Of a stretch of DNA of 64,000 nt, positions 1 through 11,838 are shown piece after piece (positions within the stretch are counted from its first letter, which is position 1; every line of letters begins with the position of its first letter). Both the position numbers and the translations under genes were made by a program. Origin of the DNA: Ascoidea asiatica JCM 7603. Its lineage: Eukaryota > Fungi > Ascomycota. The notes below the pieces were generated by a model, which worked only from the letters and a program-made list of their open reading frames with translations, made no database searches and had not been told where the DNA came from. The stretch is taken from NCBI GenBank assembly GCA_001600695.1, contig BCKQ01000002.1:537006-601005 (forward strand). Direction: 5' to 3'.

Positions 1-3000
1 GGAACACCGGTAACCTGCACTTTCAAGTGGAACATCCGGAAAAGGGACCGACACCAAAAAAGCAATGTAAACCGAATGCCGGACATCAGGGCCCGGGAGT
101 TAATCCCATAAAGTGCTCAGGTATTTTTCGGTAGAAAACCGCATACTGATTAAATTAAGTTACGAAATTTTTTTTGAAAAGTTTGTTTTTGAAAACCTGA
201 TTTTATCTGATATTCAAATACTACTTATTTATTTATGAAATTACAATACCGGCGGGAACAATATCGGTGGATAAATTTTTAGCAATACTGTTCAAAAGCT
301 TTTTTTTTCTATTTCAGTTGAATGAAATGGAATTGAATTAAAGTGAATTGAATTGAATTGAATTGAAGTATGTAATTGCTAATTTTTAATTGCTAATATC
401 TAGTTGCTAAGAAAATGAAAAAAAAAATCGAAACTAACCTGTTTTAAGGTAGCAGAATAATTTAAAGTAATACTTGTGGTAACTTTCCCTATTCCCTTTT
501 TTTCAGGTAACCTTAATTATTAGAATATTTTTATTTTTTAGGGCCTAGGCATACCGATAAGATAAAATTATATGAAGTTATCCAAAATACAGTAGTAAAA
601 AATTTTTAACAATTGCATATTAATAAATTTCATTGCTTACTTAAATAATTCTAGAGGATATCAAGACCTATCAAATTCAAAACCCCATTCAATTTCAAAA
701 ACAAAATTATAAAAAAAGGAAAAAAGGGACTTGAGCTAAAAATTTTTTACTTATGAATATTTTTTGTCTCAATCGAACAAAGGGGAGCAAAACGAAATTT
801 TAATAACTACTTAAAATTACAATTGTGATTTTTCATTTCACCAAATGAAATTGAATTAAATTATAATAAATAACCATAACCAACCTTTTCGAAAGCAAAA
901 TTAATTTATGACAAAGAATGATTTGCTTGAAAGATTATAGATTTGCGATTAGATTAACCTGATTTCATATGAATATCTATCATATTGTGATTTGTTTATT
1001 TCCCATTCTAATAGTAATCATACATGTGATCTCGTAGTTAGTTGTGGGAAGTAAATAATGTATTTAAAAACTACCCTAAAGCAACAAAAACAGGTAAAAC
1101 CCGCGAAAAAAAAAAAAAAAAAAAAGTAACAAAATAGAACAATCAGAAAAATTTAGCCCCCGAAAGACGGAATATTTTAAGACAAATTTTGTTTTAATAG
1201 GGAAATTTGGGAAATGATACAATTTTTCTGTAATTAGGAACGGTCATGATCTCTGGAAAATTTTTTTTATCTTTTAGTGATTTTTAATGCACCGAACTTT
1301 TAAAGTGGTGCTAACTTTTTACACTAATCACAAATTATAATTCTGTCCCTATTTTTTTCAAAAATTCAAGGAAAATAAATTGTAATAGCCTATAAAAGTT
1401 ATTAACAACTAATTGTACTTAATATTTAATATTTAAAAAATTTAATATTAATAAACAAATAAAACAAGATCTCAAATAAAATAAACTATTGAATATTGTG
1501 TAATGAGTAGTTGCATTTTAATCAGGGAATGGTTTCATTTCAAAAAAAAAGGTGCGCTTCATGAGCGGGTCTGAAGTGGGTTGTAACGGTGCGGCGCAAA
1601 TAAATAAGCGGGATGTATTTCTCTGCGCCGGTATGCATCTACACGGGATTTTTTTACGATTTTTTCTACCAGAAACATTTCTTTTTGGGGTGATTGAGAA
1701 GAGTTTGAACGAGCTCCTCAGCAGGCAACACAAAACTAAAGAACTTAACGAGACTAAATGGATTGAAATCAGGCTGTTTGAACAAAACCACTTTTCTTTT
1801 CTTTTTCTTTGCTTTTGCCTTTGGTTTTGCTTTTTTTTCTCTTTTGCTTTTCTTCGTTTTCCTTTTTCTGTGTTTTCTTTATTGCTCATGCTTTCTGCTT
1901 TGCTTTTTTTTTTGGTTGTTGTTGAAATAAAACAACACCGGTGAAGGAGAGAAAGGCTGTTCTGCCTCTCTGCCTCTCTGCCTCTCTTTTTGTGTTTTAG
2001 CACTGTGAGTTTAGTAGGCTATCGTATTTCAATTCAGCTGTGTTTGGCTACCAGAATTGCAAGTCTGGACAAAAAGAAAGTTTGCATCACCAAAATTTGA
2101 TCTGATTATCAAAAATCATGTAATCATATTCGAGTTGTAATGAAATAATTGCCATCATAATCAGAATAAAATAAATAACTTATTCATTCATAATGCTCAT
2201 AATCAATTTATATTTATAATCACTATTATAATAATAATAATAATTACTAACCGATTCAGTACAGTCCTGTATTGCAATTCATTATTCACCAATTGGTGAT
2301 TTCTTTCTGTTTTATTTCTCTTGATCATCACTGTTTAAAAAATGGATGACTTTTACTAACAAAATTTTAAAATTCCTAGTCATTATCCTATTTTATTCTA
2401 TTCTATTATTACACTACGCTACTCTACTATACTTTATTGTATGTTAAGGTAATGTTATTCCAAAACTTAATGCATTTATTTAATTGCTTTTTTTTTTTTT
2501 TTTTTTTTTTTCCTTTTTCCTCTTTTTTTTTTTTTTTTTTTAGTTATTTTATTTAAATTTTTTATTATACCTTATTTAATTTTAAAAATACACTTTTTTT
2601 TTTTTTTTTTTTCCCCCAATTGCTTTTTTGTATTTCACTTAAATTATGATAATAAAATTATGAGATATAATAAATAAATAAGAATGATATACTTATCTAG
2701 AATTTTATATAAATATTCAAATTCCCTTACCTCAACTTTTTTTTCTTTAATCTCTTTAAATTTATTTTAGAACTCAATTCAAATAATTAATAAACTCAAT
2801 TGCTTTCAAATTTACATATTTACAATAATATAATAATAATCATAATCATATATATATAATATTCACATACTTAATAAAATAAAATAAAATAAAATAAAAT
2901 AAAAAAAAATATACATTATCTACATACTACATAATATAAATAAAGCATATAATTAAATAAAATAATAATTAAAAAATTCATATACAAAATACATTTATCA

Positions 3001-3009
3001 AAAATTTTA

Positions 3010-4455
3010 ATGTCAGATTATAAATCAGATCAAGATCAAATTCAATCTTCACCCACAAAATCAAAAATGAATTTCGAATCAAATTCAAAATCAAATTCAA
3101 AAATGGGTATTGTAACTCCAATTCTTAATCATATTCAATTAGCTTCATCAACTTCTAATGCTATGTCTAATTCAATTTCAAATATTGATAGCATTTTAAA
3201 TAATAATGATTTAGATAATTTCAATGATAATATTATTTCTACCACCACTAATGTGAATACTAATACTAATACTAGTACTAGTACTAATACCAATGCTAAT
3301 AGTAATAATAATACTACCATTAACAACAATAACGGCAATTTAATAACTGAATCTTCAATTCCATCTCCACCATTATCTCCTTATCAAAAACCAGTTAGCT
3401 TAACTAAAACAATTACAACTATTCCAACTTCAAGATCTTTTTTAAATTTAAATTATCCTCCAAGTTCTTCTTCTATTACTACCGCCAATATTACTAATAA
3501 TAATAATAATGAAACAAAATATAAAAATAATCATAATTTTGAAGATATTTTCAATACTGATTTAAATTTAAATCAAGAAATTGAACAAATTGACAAAAAT
3601 AACTTCATTTCAAAAAAAAGATCTCAAAATAAATATAATATTGTTCAAAAAGAATATGAATATATTTATAATGGAAATAATGAATTCACTGTTAAAGATT
3701 TCAATAAATATCAATTAAAAATTAATCCATGGAAAAGAACTAATTCTTCAGTTAATAATTATAGAGAATCTTGTATTTCATTTTTAAATAATTATTCAAT
3801 CTTAAGTAAAAAAAAATTATTTAAAAAAAGAGAAGAAATTATTGCTATTAATAATAAACTTGCCAAAAAAAGATCTTATCAAAGTGATTCTTCATCAAAT
3901 GTTACAAAAAGTCCAAGAGCTTCAAGAAAAACTATTGAACCAAGTGAAAGAGTTCGTACTAGACGTGCTGTCAAACAAGTTCCTTCTTATACATTACAAT
4001 CAATTGAAGCTTCAGTTCCTTCAGTTCCTCCTCAAAAGAAAAGAAAAATTAAAACTTCTGTTCCAAAACCTGATACTCATAAACAAATTGTTATTGATTG
4101 GGAATCTGTTCCTGATTATTGTCCTCCACTGAGTTCTTTACCAAATAATCCAAAATGTTTAAAAACTGAATGGAAAGGTCAACCAATGAGTCTTGCAAAT
4201 GATCCTTTAATTGATAAATTACATCCAGCTGAAGTTACTTTAGCTTCAATATTAAGACTTCCATGTAATTTATATTTAGATTCAAAAAGAAGATTATTTG
4301 CTGAAAAAGTTCAAAGAAAGAGAAAAGGTTTACCTTTTAGAAGAACTGATGCTCAAAAAGCATGTAAAATTGATGTTAATAAAGCAAGCCGATTATATGC
4401 AGCTTTCGAAAAAGTTGGATGGTTTGATTATATTGATCAAAATTTTAAACATTAA
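3010..4455 (+). CDS. SWIRM-domain chromatin protein (FUN19/YOR338W family)
   Basis: N/T/S low-complexity N-terminus. C-terminal PDYCPPLSSLP..WKGQPMSL..LHPAE..LASILRL..FRRTDAQKACKIDVNKASRLYAAFEKVGW is typical of fungal Fun19-like SWIRM domains. Confidence 0.88.
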   Translation: MSDYKSDQDQIQSSPTKSKMNFESNSKSNSKMGIVTPILNHIQLASSTSNAMSNSISNIDSILNNNDLDNFNDNIISTTTNVNTNTNTSTSTNTNANSNNNTTINNNNGNLITESSIPSPPLSPYQKPVSLTKTITTIPTSRSFLNLNYPPSSSSITTANITNNNNNETKYKNNHNFEDIFNTDLNLNQEIEQIDKNNFISKKRSQNKYNIVQKEYEYIYNGNNEFTVKDFNKYQLKINPWKRTNSSVNNYRESCISFLNNYSILSKKKLFKKREEIIAINNKLAKKRSYQSDSSSNVTKSPRASRKTIEPSERVRTRRAVKQVPSYTLQSIEASVPSVPPQKKRKIKTSVPKPDTHKQIVIDWESVPDYCPPLSSLPNNPKCLKTEWKGQPMSLANDPLIDKLHPAEVTLASILRLPCNLYLDSKRRLFAEKVQRKRKGLPFRRTDAQKACKIDVNKASRLYAAFEKVGWFDYIDQNFKH

Positions 4456-5510
4456 TATATCAATTATTAATCAATTATTACTAATCCACTGTTAATCAAA
4501 ATTATATGGTTAAAATCATAATGTATTATAAATGTTTGTCTCTCTTCTTTTCTTTTACTTCTCTGGATTTTGTTTTATTTTTTTATTATAAAATATCATA
4601 TTTTCACTTTTCTTAGGTTTCAATGGTTTGAAAGGTTTATTGTTTTTCTGTTTTATTTTTTTATTTGTTTTTTTTTCTATTATCTTAAGGTTATTTTTCT
4701 TTTTATCACATATTGTATTATTTTATAGACATATTATTTTTATTTTACCAAATATCTCCTCTTGTTTTTTCTATAATCTTTGTTTCTTCACTCTCATTTT
4801 TTTTCATTTATAATTGCTTTATTCCCCCCTTTACTTTTGTTTTCCCTTGGGTCAACAGGTAAGCAACTCACAATCGTTAACTTTTTTCGATATAATAATA
4901 ATTAATATACTACCATATGCTTCTTAAATTAAAGGAGAAATTCTTGTAGTTTAGTTCGTCTAGTAACATCATTGTTATCAAAATTGCTATCCCTTAATAT
5001 TTAGCGTATTGTAACTGTCAATCAAGAGAAATCAAGTTGGAATAACGTTGACAAAAATTGTTTGCTTATTAAGTTCTAAAGTACTGCAGCACCCGAGTAA
5101 GCAAGAAAGTTATTCAAGAATAACATTAAGAAACCAATGAAGTATGTTTTAATATGAAAATTCATTTTTTTCTTTGAATCATAAATATATATTCTAAGGG
5201 CAATAATTGAGTCAGAATTATTGATAAAAATTATATTTTATTACTCCTGTATTATGAGATCAGAATATTTTAACTTTGAGAAAATAACAATGTAAAAGAC
5301 CAAACAACCTTAAATTCTGGAATGATAATTTCCAAGTGCAGAAGCTATAAACTTTAAAAACCTCGGCGTACATAGTCACATGGTTTCATTATTGGCCAAA
5401 AACCGGATATTAACACTACATTAGGTAAGATTGTGGTTCTTCTTCATAAAAATGGAACGGGCCTTTTTAAAAAAGTATAAACCTTAAGTATGTGCATAAC
5501 ATTACTTAAA

Positions 5511-5517
5511 CGATGAG
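5511..5517 (+). promoter_or_regulatory. PAC-like element (CGATGAG) upstream of ribosome-biogenesis gene LTV1
   Basis: Matches the PAC core GATGAG about 380 nt upstream of the LTV1 ATG. Confidence 0.4.
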
Positions 5518-5892
5518 ATGTTTCAGGTAATCGGAGCCCACACTTCAAATCGGGATCATAAGCAAATTTACTTTTGTGGTACAAAAACTTCAGGGCCCCT
5601 AGATAATGAAATACCTCCTATTCGAATAACCCCCCGTTATTAATGGGAAGTTTTATATATACTTAACTGAAAGAGATTTTAACGGGTGAAGGCAGCTTTT
5701 TATGACTAGTTTTTTGGCGTCATTGAAGCACATGATATACTTGAAGAGGGAATTATACATGTGAATAATATGAATGAAAAAAAAAAAAAATTATTTACTG
5801 CAGAAAACAACCTTTAGCATACTTTTTAATTTGGTAATATACACTTACAATTATATTTCAGACATAAATATAATAATTATAGCAAATAAAAA

Positions 5893-7206
5893 ATGTCAAC
5901 TAGAAAATGGGTAGATAAGAAAACAGCTAGAACCTTTGCTGTTGTTCAAAGAAGTGTTGAAGATCCCGAATATTTTAATGATGATGCTTCAAAAAGTGTT
6001 TTGGTGGAGATAACAAAACCCAGTAAAAAAAAAAGTAGAGCAAAATCAAGAAAAGATTTAGAAGAAGAACTCAAAACTCAAATACAAAGTGGTGCTATTC
6101 GAGAGAATGAAGGAGAAGCTTCTTTGTATGGAATAACCTACGACGATTCAAAATATGATTATATGAAACATTTGAAACCAATAGATATAAATGACGATCA
6201 AAATGAAGCTGATTCAGATATAATAAAGTATTTTATACCTTCAAAAAATGCTAAAAAGGGAGAAAAATCAACTCATCAAAAAGGTTCAATAGCTTTTAAA
6301 GATGATCTCAACTTACCAAAAGAAGCATTTGCTTCAGAAAAAGTTAATAAACTTACATATCAAAACTTTCAAAATATTCCTGATGACATTAAAGGCTTTC
6401 AACCTGACATGGATCCAGACTTAAGAGAAGCATTAGAAGCTTTGGAAGATGATGCCTATGTTGATGAAGATGATTTAGTTTTTGATCAACTTTTAAAATC
6501 TGGTGTTAAAGGTGAAGGAGAAGAATACGAGTCTGATTATGACAATGATTATGAAAATTCCGAAGAAGAATACGATTCTGATCATTTTGCAAAAGAAGAT
6601 GATCAAGGATGGGAAAAAGATTTTCGTAAATATAAACATTTTGAAGGAAAGAAAAAGAAAAATGAATGGGATTCTGATGACGATTTTGATGATGAAGATG
6701 AAGAAAATAAAGAATTAGACGATCTTAATATTAAGAAACTAAAAGAGCAGATGTTACAGAGTAAAAGAGAAAATGTACAATTAGATTCTGTTTCAGTATT
6801 ACCGGATTTGGGAAAACTTAGTTTGAAATCAGTTCAAAATCAGAAAAAAGGAAGTAAAATGAAAGAGAGAAGAAAAAAGGGTTCAATGACTGATACTACT
6901 GGATTTTCCATGTCATCTTCTGCCTTATACAGAACTGAAGGGTTAACTTTATTAGATGATAGGTTTGAACAAGTTTCCAAAAAATATGAAAAAAAACAAG
7001 TAGATAATTACACTACTTTTGATATGGAGAAACAAAAAGAAGGATTTGAAGATATGCTAGTAGACTTTCTTGATAATTATGAAATTGAAGGGAGAAAGCT
7101 TGTGAAAAAAGATGAAGAAATTGAAAAGTATAAACAAGCTGCAGTATCTGTTACCAGAAGTAAGAAAAAAAAAGTTATTGGTCAAAAAAATAAACCTAGA
7201 TTTTAA
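5893..7206 (+). CDS. LTV1: 40S ribosome biogenesis factor Ltv1
   Basis: KKTARTFAVVQRS..DP, ENEGEASLYGITYDDSKYDYMKHLKPI, IKGFQPDMDPDLREALEALEDDAY and FSMSSSALYRTEGLTLLDDRFE are Ltv1 motifs. Confidence 0.93.
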   Translation: MSTRKWVDKKTARTFAVVQRSVEDPEYFNDDASKSVLVEITKPSKKKSRAKSRKDLEEELKTQIQSGAIRENEGEASLYGITYDDSKYDYMKHLKPIDINDDQNEADSDIIKYFIPSKNAKKGEKSTHQKGSIAFKDDLNLPKEAFASEKVNKLTYQNFQNIPDDIKGFQPDMDPDLREALEALEDDAYVDEDDLVFDQLLKSGVKGEGEEYESDYDNDYENSEEEYDSDHFAKEDDQGWEKDFRKYKHFEGKKKKNEWDSDDDFDDEDEENKELDDLNIKKLKEQMLQSKRENVQLDSVSVLPDLGKLSLKSVQNQKKGSKMKERRKKGSMTDTTGFSMSSSALYRTEGLTLLDDRFEQVSKKYEKKQVDNYTTFDMEKQKEGFEDMLVDFLDNYEIEGRKLVKKDEEIEKYKQAAVSVTRSKKKKVIGQKNKPRF

Positions 7207-7431
7207 TAATAATACAATTAGAATTATGAAAATTAATTATTCAAATTAATAACTATATAATAAACTCGAAAATTTAAAGCATTAGAAAAAAATAATATGT
7301 TTTCGAAAATTACAATCTGCAACCTGAAATATAATATAGGAAGATCAAAATATTGGGTGAAATAAATATAGATTTATAGCTAAACTTTTTTTGAAAAATA
7401 ATTTTAAAAATCTAAAAAAATTAAAGTAAAT

Positions 7432-9084
7432 TTAAGGCTTACATCTTCCTGAAAATCTTGGATAAAGAGAACAATCTCTTACAGTAAATCTATCACATAA
7501 CCAAGCTAAAATTCTTTCAGTTCCTAAACCATAACCTCCATGAGGACTTGTTCCGTATTTTCTTTGATCAATAAACCAATAATAAGCATCTGAATCAATA
7601 CCTTCTCTTTTGAAACCTTCTAAAAGTTCATCAACAGAATCTATTCTCATAGAACCACCTGTAATTTCACCAACTGTAGGCATTAAAACATCTACAGATT
7701 CGGTGACTCTTGGATCATCCTTACATTTTTTCATATAGAAAGATTTAATTTCAACTGGGAAACGAGTTAACAATATTGGAACACCAATAGTATCAGTCAT
7801 TTTTCTTTCTGCTGCTTCAGCAATATCATCACCAAATTTGAAATGCTCTCCTTCTTCGTTTAAAACATTATGTTCAATAAGCCATTGAATTGCATCTTTA
7901 TATTCTAGTCTTTTGAATGGTAATTTAGGAGCAACAAAATTTGGGTTTAATTGTTTTACTAATGGACCAGCAATTGGATCCTTTAAAACATAATCAACAG
8001 ATTTGGTTATAAGAGTCTCAATATGAGTTAATAGATCATCAAAAGAAAGGAAACACAATTCAGCTTCGACATGAGTATATTCACTTAAATGTCTTCTTGT
8101 GTGAGATTTTTCAGCTCTAAAAGATTCTTGAATACAATAAACATCACCTAAAGCAGGAAGACATGTTTCAAGATATAATTGAGAAGATTGAGTTAAGTAA
8201 GCATCTTCTCCATAATATTTTAGGGAAAATAATGTTGAACCACCTTCAACCTGGGTTTGAACCATACAAGGAGGAGTAACTTCTGTTAAACCTTCTTCAA
8301 TATACACTTGTCTAATAGATCTTAATAAAGAAGCTCTTACCTTCATAACGGCACTCAATGTATCACCTCTTAAGGCTAAATGACGTTGATCGAGTAAAAT
8401 TGAAGGGTCTGCATTTTCTTGAACTCTGTTAGTAATTGAATCATCACCACTTGGAGCCAATCCAAATACAGAATAGTAATCAACTACTAGCTCAACTCCA
8501 CCAGGAGCAGTTTTTCCTTTAGGTAATTTTTCAATTTTACCATAAATTGCAATTGATGTTTCTAAGGTTAATTGAGATGTTTGGAATGCATTAGCTAAAT
8601 CGCCAAGTAAAAGACATTGAATGAATCCAGTACCATCTCTTAATATAATAAATGCTCTGTTTTTTTGTAAACGTAATCTATGAATCCATCCACTAATCAA
8701 TACTCTTTTACTAATACCTTCAGAAACATTTCTAATCTTAATTTTATGAGCTTTTTCTAATGATTTATCTTCTTTTATTTCAATTTTCATAGTTGCCATT
8801 TGTTGTTCCAATTGTTCAGCTTCTTTCTTTTTTTTTAATTCTTCTTGTTGTTTTTGCTTCAATTGTTTCTTTTTAATACCATCTGCACCTTTTTTGGCTT
8901 TCTTTAAAGCACTTGCAGTAATCTCTAAATATTCAGAATCAGCTTCTTTGTAAACAAAAAGTTTTTGAAAAGACTCATCTTGAATTATGGCAAAAGCAGG
9001 AGTTTTGAATGGCTTTTCTTTTGAACCATCAGCCTTTGACAAATCATCAAAACCTGATTTATCACAAATATAAAAGGTACTCAT
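7432..9084 (-). CDS. DED81: Cytosolic asparaginyl-tRNA synthetase
   Basis: OB fold (GWIHRLR..LRDGTG), YLTQSSQLYLE, SFRAEKSHTRRHLSEYTH and motif 3 PHGGYGLGTER. Confidence 0.96.
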   Translation of the reverse strand: MSTFYICDKSGFDDLSKADGSKEKPFKTPAFAIIQDESFQKLFVYKEADSEYLEITASALKKAKKGADGIKKKQLKQKQQEELKKKKEAEQLEQQMATMKIEIKEDKSLEKAHKIKIRNVSEGISKRVLISGWIHRLRLQKNRAFIILRDGTGFIQCLLLGDLANAFQTSQLTLETSIAIYGKIEKLPKGKTAPGGVELVVDYYSVFGLAPSGDDSITNRVQENADPSILLDQRHLALRGDTLSAVMKVRASLLRSIRQVYIEEGLTEVTPPCMVQTQVEGGSTLFSLKYYGEDAYLTQSSQLYLETCLPALGDVYCIQESFRAEKSHTRRHLSEYTHVEAELCFLSFDDLLTHIETLITKSVDYVLKDPIAGPLVKQLNPNFVAPKLPFKRLEYKDAIQWLIEHNVLNEEGEHFKFGDDIAEAAERKMTDTIGVPILLTRFPVEIKSFYMKKCKDDPRVTESVDVLMPTVGEITGGSMRIDSVDELLEGFKREGIDSDAYYWFIDQRKYGTSPHGGYGLGTERILAWLCDRFTVRDCSLYPRFSGRCKP

Positions 9085-9590
9085 TGTTATAAATGTGTAA
9101 ATTAATTCAAGGTGGATTAAAATGTATGAAATATTCTATTTTTTTGAAAAAACTTTAATAGGTGAATAAATTGAATAAAATGAACAGCTCAATGTATTTA
9201 AGTATTACCCATTCAGAATGAATAACTTTTAGATTCAAGGTATGAGTAATAACGAAAAATTTTTAGTGTAAAGATAAGAATCTCTGGGTCTCAGATGTGA
9301 GCCTTGCGGATTTTTTTCACGGATACGGAGGAAATTTCAACAATTTCAATAAAAAAAACTATCCGGACCACAATTAGTGCGTCTAAATACAATTCCAGAT
9401 TTAAACCGTGCCCGGAAAGCCTCATTTATCTAAAGAGTAATTAGGATTGCATTATCACTGAAAATTCATTAAAAGTTAAAAATCTGTGAAAAATAAGATA
9501 ATACTTCAATCTTTCTTTTTAATTTCAAATCAACAACTCAATTGGATTTATATTTTCTTTATTTGGAAATTTTGATTACAGAATATTATA

Positions 9591-11639
9591 ATGGCACTTG
9601 AATCTTCATTAGCTGCTTTATCCTTATTGGAAGCAGTTCCAGAAAATGCTTTATTAACAAAATCCTTAGTTTTTAAGGACAAAAAATCAACTACCACAAT
9701 AGTTTTACTAGCATTAGCTTCAAGTAAAACAGATTCAAAAATAATCGCTAAATCAGTGAATGTTAAAGATGCTCGTTTAGCAAATGAAGATTTTGTAGTT
9801 AAGAATTTTGCTTCTTCAACTAAAGAATTTTCTATTGCAAATTTAAAACCTTCTCAAGAAAAAGTCAAAATTATTTTTGATCAAAAATTATTGAGTTTAG
9901 AAGATAATACTCCATTAATTTTACAAACTCAGTCTTCTAAAGTCTCAATTTCCAAAAAAGATTATGTTGATTTTATTTCTCAATTAGAAATTGAAATAAT
10001 TAATGTCGATTTCACAGCAACACCACCTCCTGCATCAGCAAATACGCAATCCAAATCATCTGCATCCAAACCAAAGAAAGCTTCTCAACCAAAATCTTCA
10101 AAATTAGATGATGCTAAATTAATTGGTATAACTGAAGATAAAAACTTAAACTTTTCAAATTGGTATTCTCAAGTATTAACCAAAGGAGAAATGTTAGATT
10201 ATTATGATGTTTCCGGTTGTTATATTTTAAGACCTGCTTCATATGTGATCTGGGAAAAAATTCAATCTTTTTTAAATGATAGAATAAAATCAATCGGAGT
10301 TAGAAATGCCTATTTTCCTATGTTTGTTTCTTCAAGAGTTTTAGAAAAAGAAAAAGACCATATAGAAGGATTTGCTCCTGAAGTTGCTTGGGTTACCAAA
10401 GCTGGAAACTCACCTTTAGAGGAACCAATTGCCATTAGACCTACTTCTGAAACAGTAATGTATCCATATTATGCAAAATGGATTAGATCTTATCGTGATT
10501 TACCACTAAAACTTAATCAATGGAATTCAGTCGTAAGATGGGAATTTAAAAATCCTCAACCATTCCTTAGAACCAGAGAATTTTTATGGCAAGAAGGTCA
10601 TACCGCTCATTTAACATTTGATGGAGCTAATGAAGAAGTTTTACAAATTTTAGATTTCTATGCTGGTGTTTATGAAGAGTTATTAGCTGTTCCTGTCATT
10701 AAAGGTAAAAAAACCGAGAAAGAAAAATTTGCTGGAGGTTTGTTTACAACAACTTGTGAAGCATATATTCCAACTACTGGAAGAGGTATTCAAGGTGCTA
10801 CTTCCCATTGTCTTGGACAAAACTTTTCGAAAATGTTTGGAATTCAGGTTGAAGATCCTTCTGGCTCTGATAAACCTAAACTTCTTGTTTGGCAAAATTC
10901 TTGGGGTCTTTCAACTAGAGTCATAGGTGTCATGGTTATGATCCACTCTGATAATAAGGGGTTAGTTATTCCACCAAGAGTAGCTGAAACTCAAGTTATC
11001 GTTATTCCAGTGGGTTTGACCTCAAAAACTTCCAAAGAGGCTGAAGCAGAAATTATCAATGGTGCTAAGAAAATTGAAGAAAAATTAAAGAGCATTGGAA
11101 TTTCTTGTGTTGGTGATTATCGTGAAAATTATTCACCTGGCTGGAAATTTTCAGATTCTGAACTTAAAGGTATTCCTCTTAGAATTGAATTTGGTCCTAA
11201 AGATCTCAAAAATGGGTCTTCTGTTTTTGTATGCAGACATACTTCTGAGAAAATCACCGTTAAACTTGAAGAGCTTGAAACTGAAGCACCAAAAGTTCTC
11301 GAAAAGATTCAATCAGAATTATTTGAAGCTGCTAAACAAAAATTCGATACTCATCGAATCATGGTTAACCAGTGGGAAGATTTTGTATCAAAATTAGATA
11401 ATAAAAATATCTTAGTAGCACCATGGTGTGGTGTTATGGAATGTGAAGAAGATATCAAAGAGTCTTCTGCCAAAAAAGCAGAAGAAGCTGAAGGTATTGA
11501 GCATGACGAGAAAGCTCCAAGTATGGGTGCTAAATCACTTTGTATTCCATTTGCTCAACCAGAGTTAGTCAAAGGAACAAAATGTGTAAGATGCGATCGT
11601 GAAGCTGTTAATTATACAATGTTTGGCCGTAGTTATTAG
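9591..11639 (+). CDS. Cytosolic prolyl-tRNA synthetase with N-terminal YbaK-like domain (YHR020W ortholog)
   Basis: IAIRPTSETVMY, QPFLRTREFLWQEGHTAH, QGATSHCLGQNF and C-terminal FGRSY. Divergent from DED81, as for S. cerevisiae YHR019C/YHR020W. Confidence 0.96.
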   Translation: MALESSLAALSLLEAVPENALLTKSLVFKDKKSTTTIVLLALASSKTDSKIIAKSVNVKDARLANEDFVVKNFASSTKEFSIANLKPSQEKVKIIFDQKLLSLEDNTPLILQTQSSKVSISKKDYVDFISQLEIEIINVDFTATPPPASANTQSKSSASKPKKASQPKSSKLDDAKLIGITEDKNLNFSNWYSQVLTKGEMLDYYDVSGCYILRPASYVIWEKIQSFLNDRIKSIGVRNAYFPMFVSSRVLEKEKDHIEGFAPEVAWVTKAGNSPLEEPIAIRPTSETVMYPYYAKWIRSYRDLPLKLNQWNSVVRWEFKNPQPFLRTREFLWQEGHTAHLTFDGANEEVLQILDFYAGVYEELLAVPVIKGKKTEKEKFAGGLFTTTCEAYIPTTGRGIQGATSHCLGQNFSKMFGIQVEDPSGSDKPKLLVWQNSWGLSTRVIGVMVMIHSDNKGLVIPPRVAETQVIVIPVGLTSKTSKEAEAEIINGAKKIEEKLKSIGISCVGDYRENYSPGWKFSDSELKGIPLRIEFGPKDLKNGSSVFVCRHTSEKITVKLEELETEAPKVLEKIQSELFEAAKQKFDTHRIMVNQWEDFVSKLDNKNILVAPWCGVMECEEDIKESSAKKAEEAEGIEHDEKAPSMGAKSLCIPFAQPELVKGTKCVRCDREAVNYTMFGRSY

Positions 11640-11838
11640 TTTAGCAAGATGCAATTACTTTTCTTTTTAGAGCTACAATCTATATTATTTTAACGTATTG
11701 TTGTTTTTTTTGCTCCTCATTATTTGAATTCATTTATGTTAATTTACTAGCAGAGCTTTATTTATTTTCAAAAATTTATTAGAGATAATTTCACAAAAAG
11801 TAATACTTTTTTTGTAAAAACTAAATATCTATTGACCC

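Noticed and set aside
1518-2003. Overlapping ORFs 1518-2003 (-) and 1552-1944 (+)
   Set aside because: Non-ATG starts; they arise from T-rich/GC-rich low-complexity sequence (poly-K versus poly-F) with codon usage unlike real genes.
2256-2331. Possible box C/D snoRNA on the minus strand (GTGATGA...CTGA, 76 nt)
   Set aside because: Only about 9 nt of weak rRNA complementarity, not box-adjacent, and no flanking intron signals seen. An Rfam/snoscan run would settle it.
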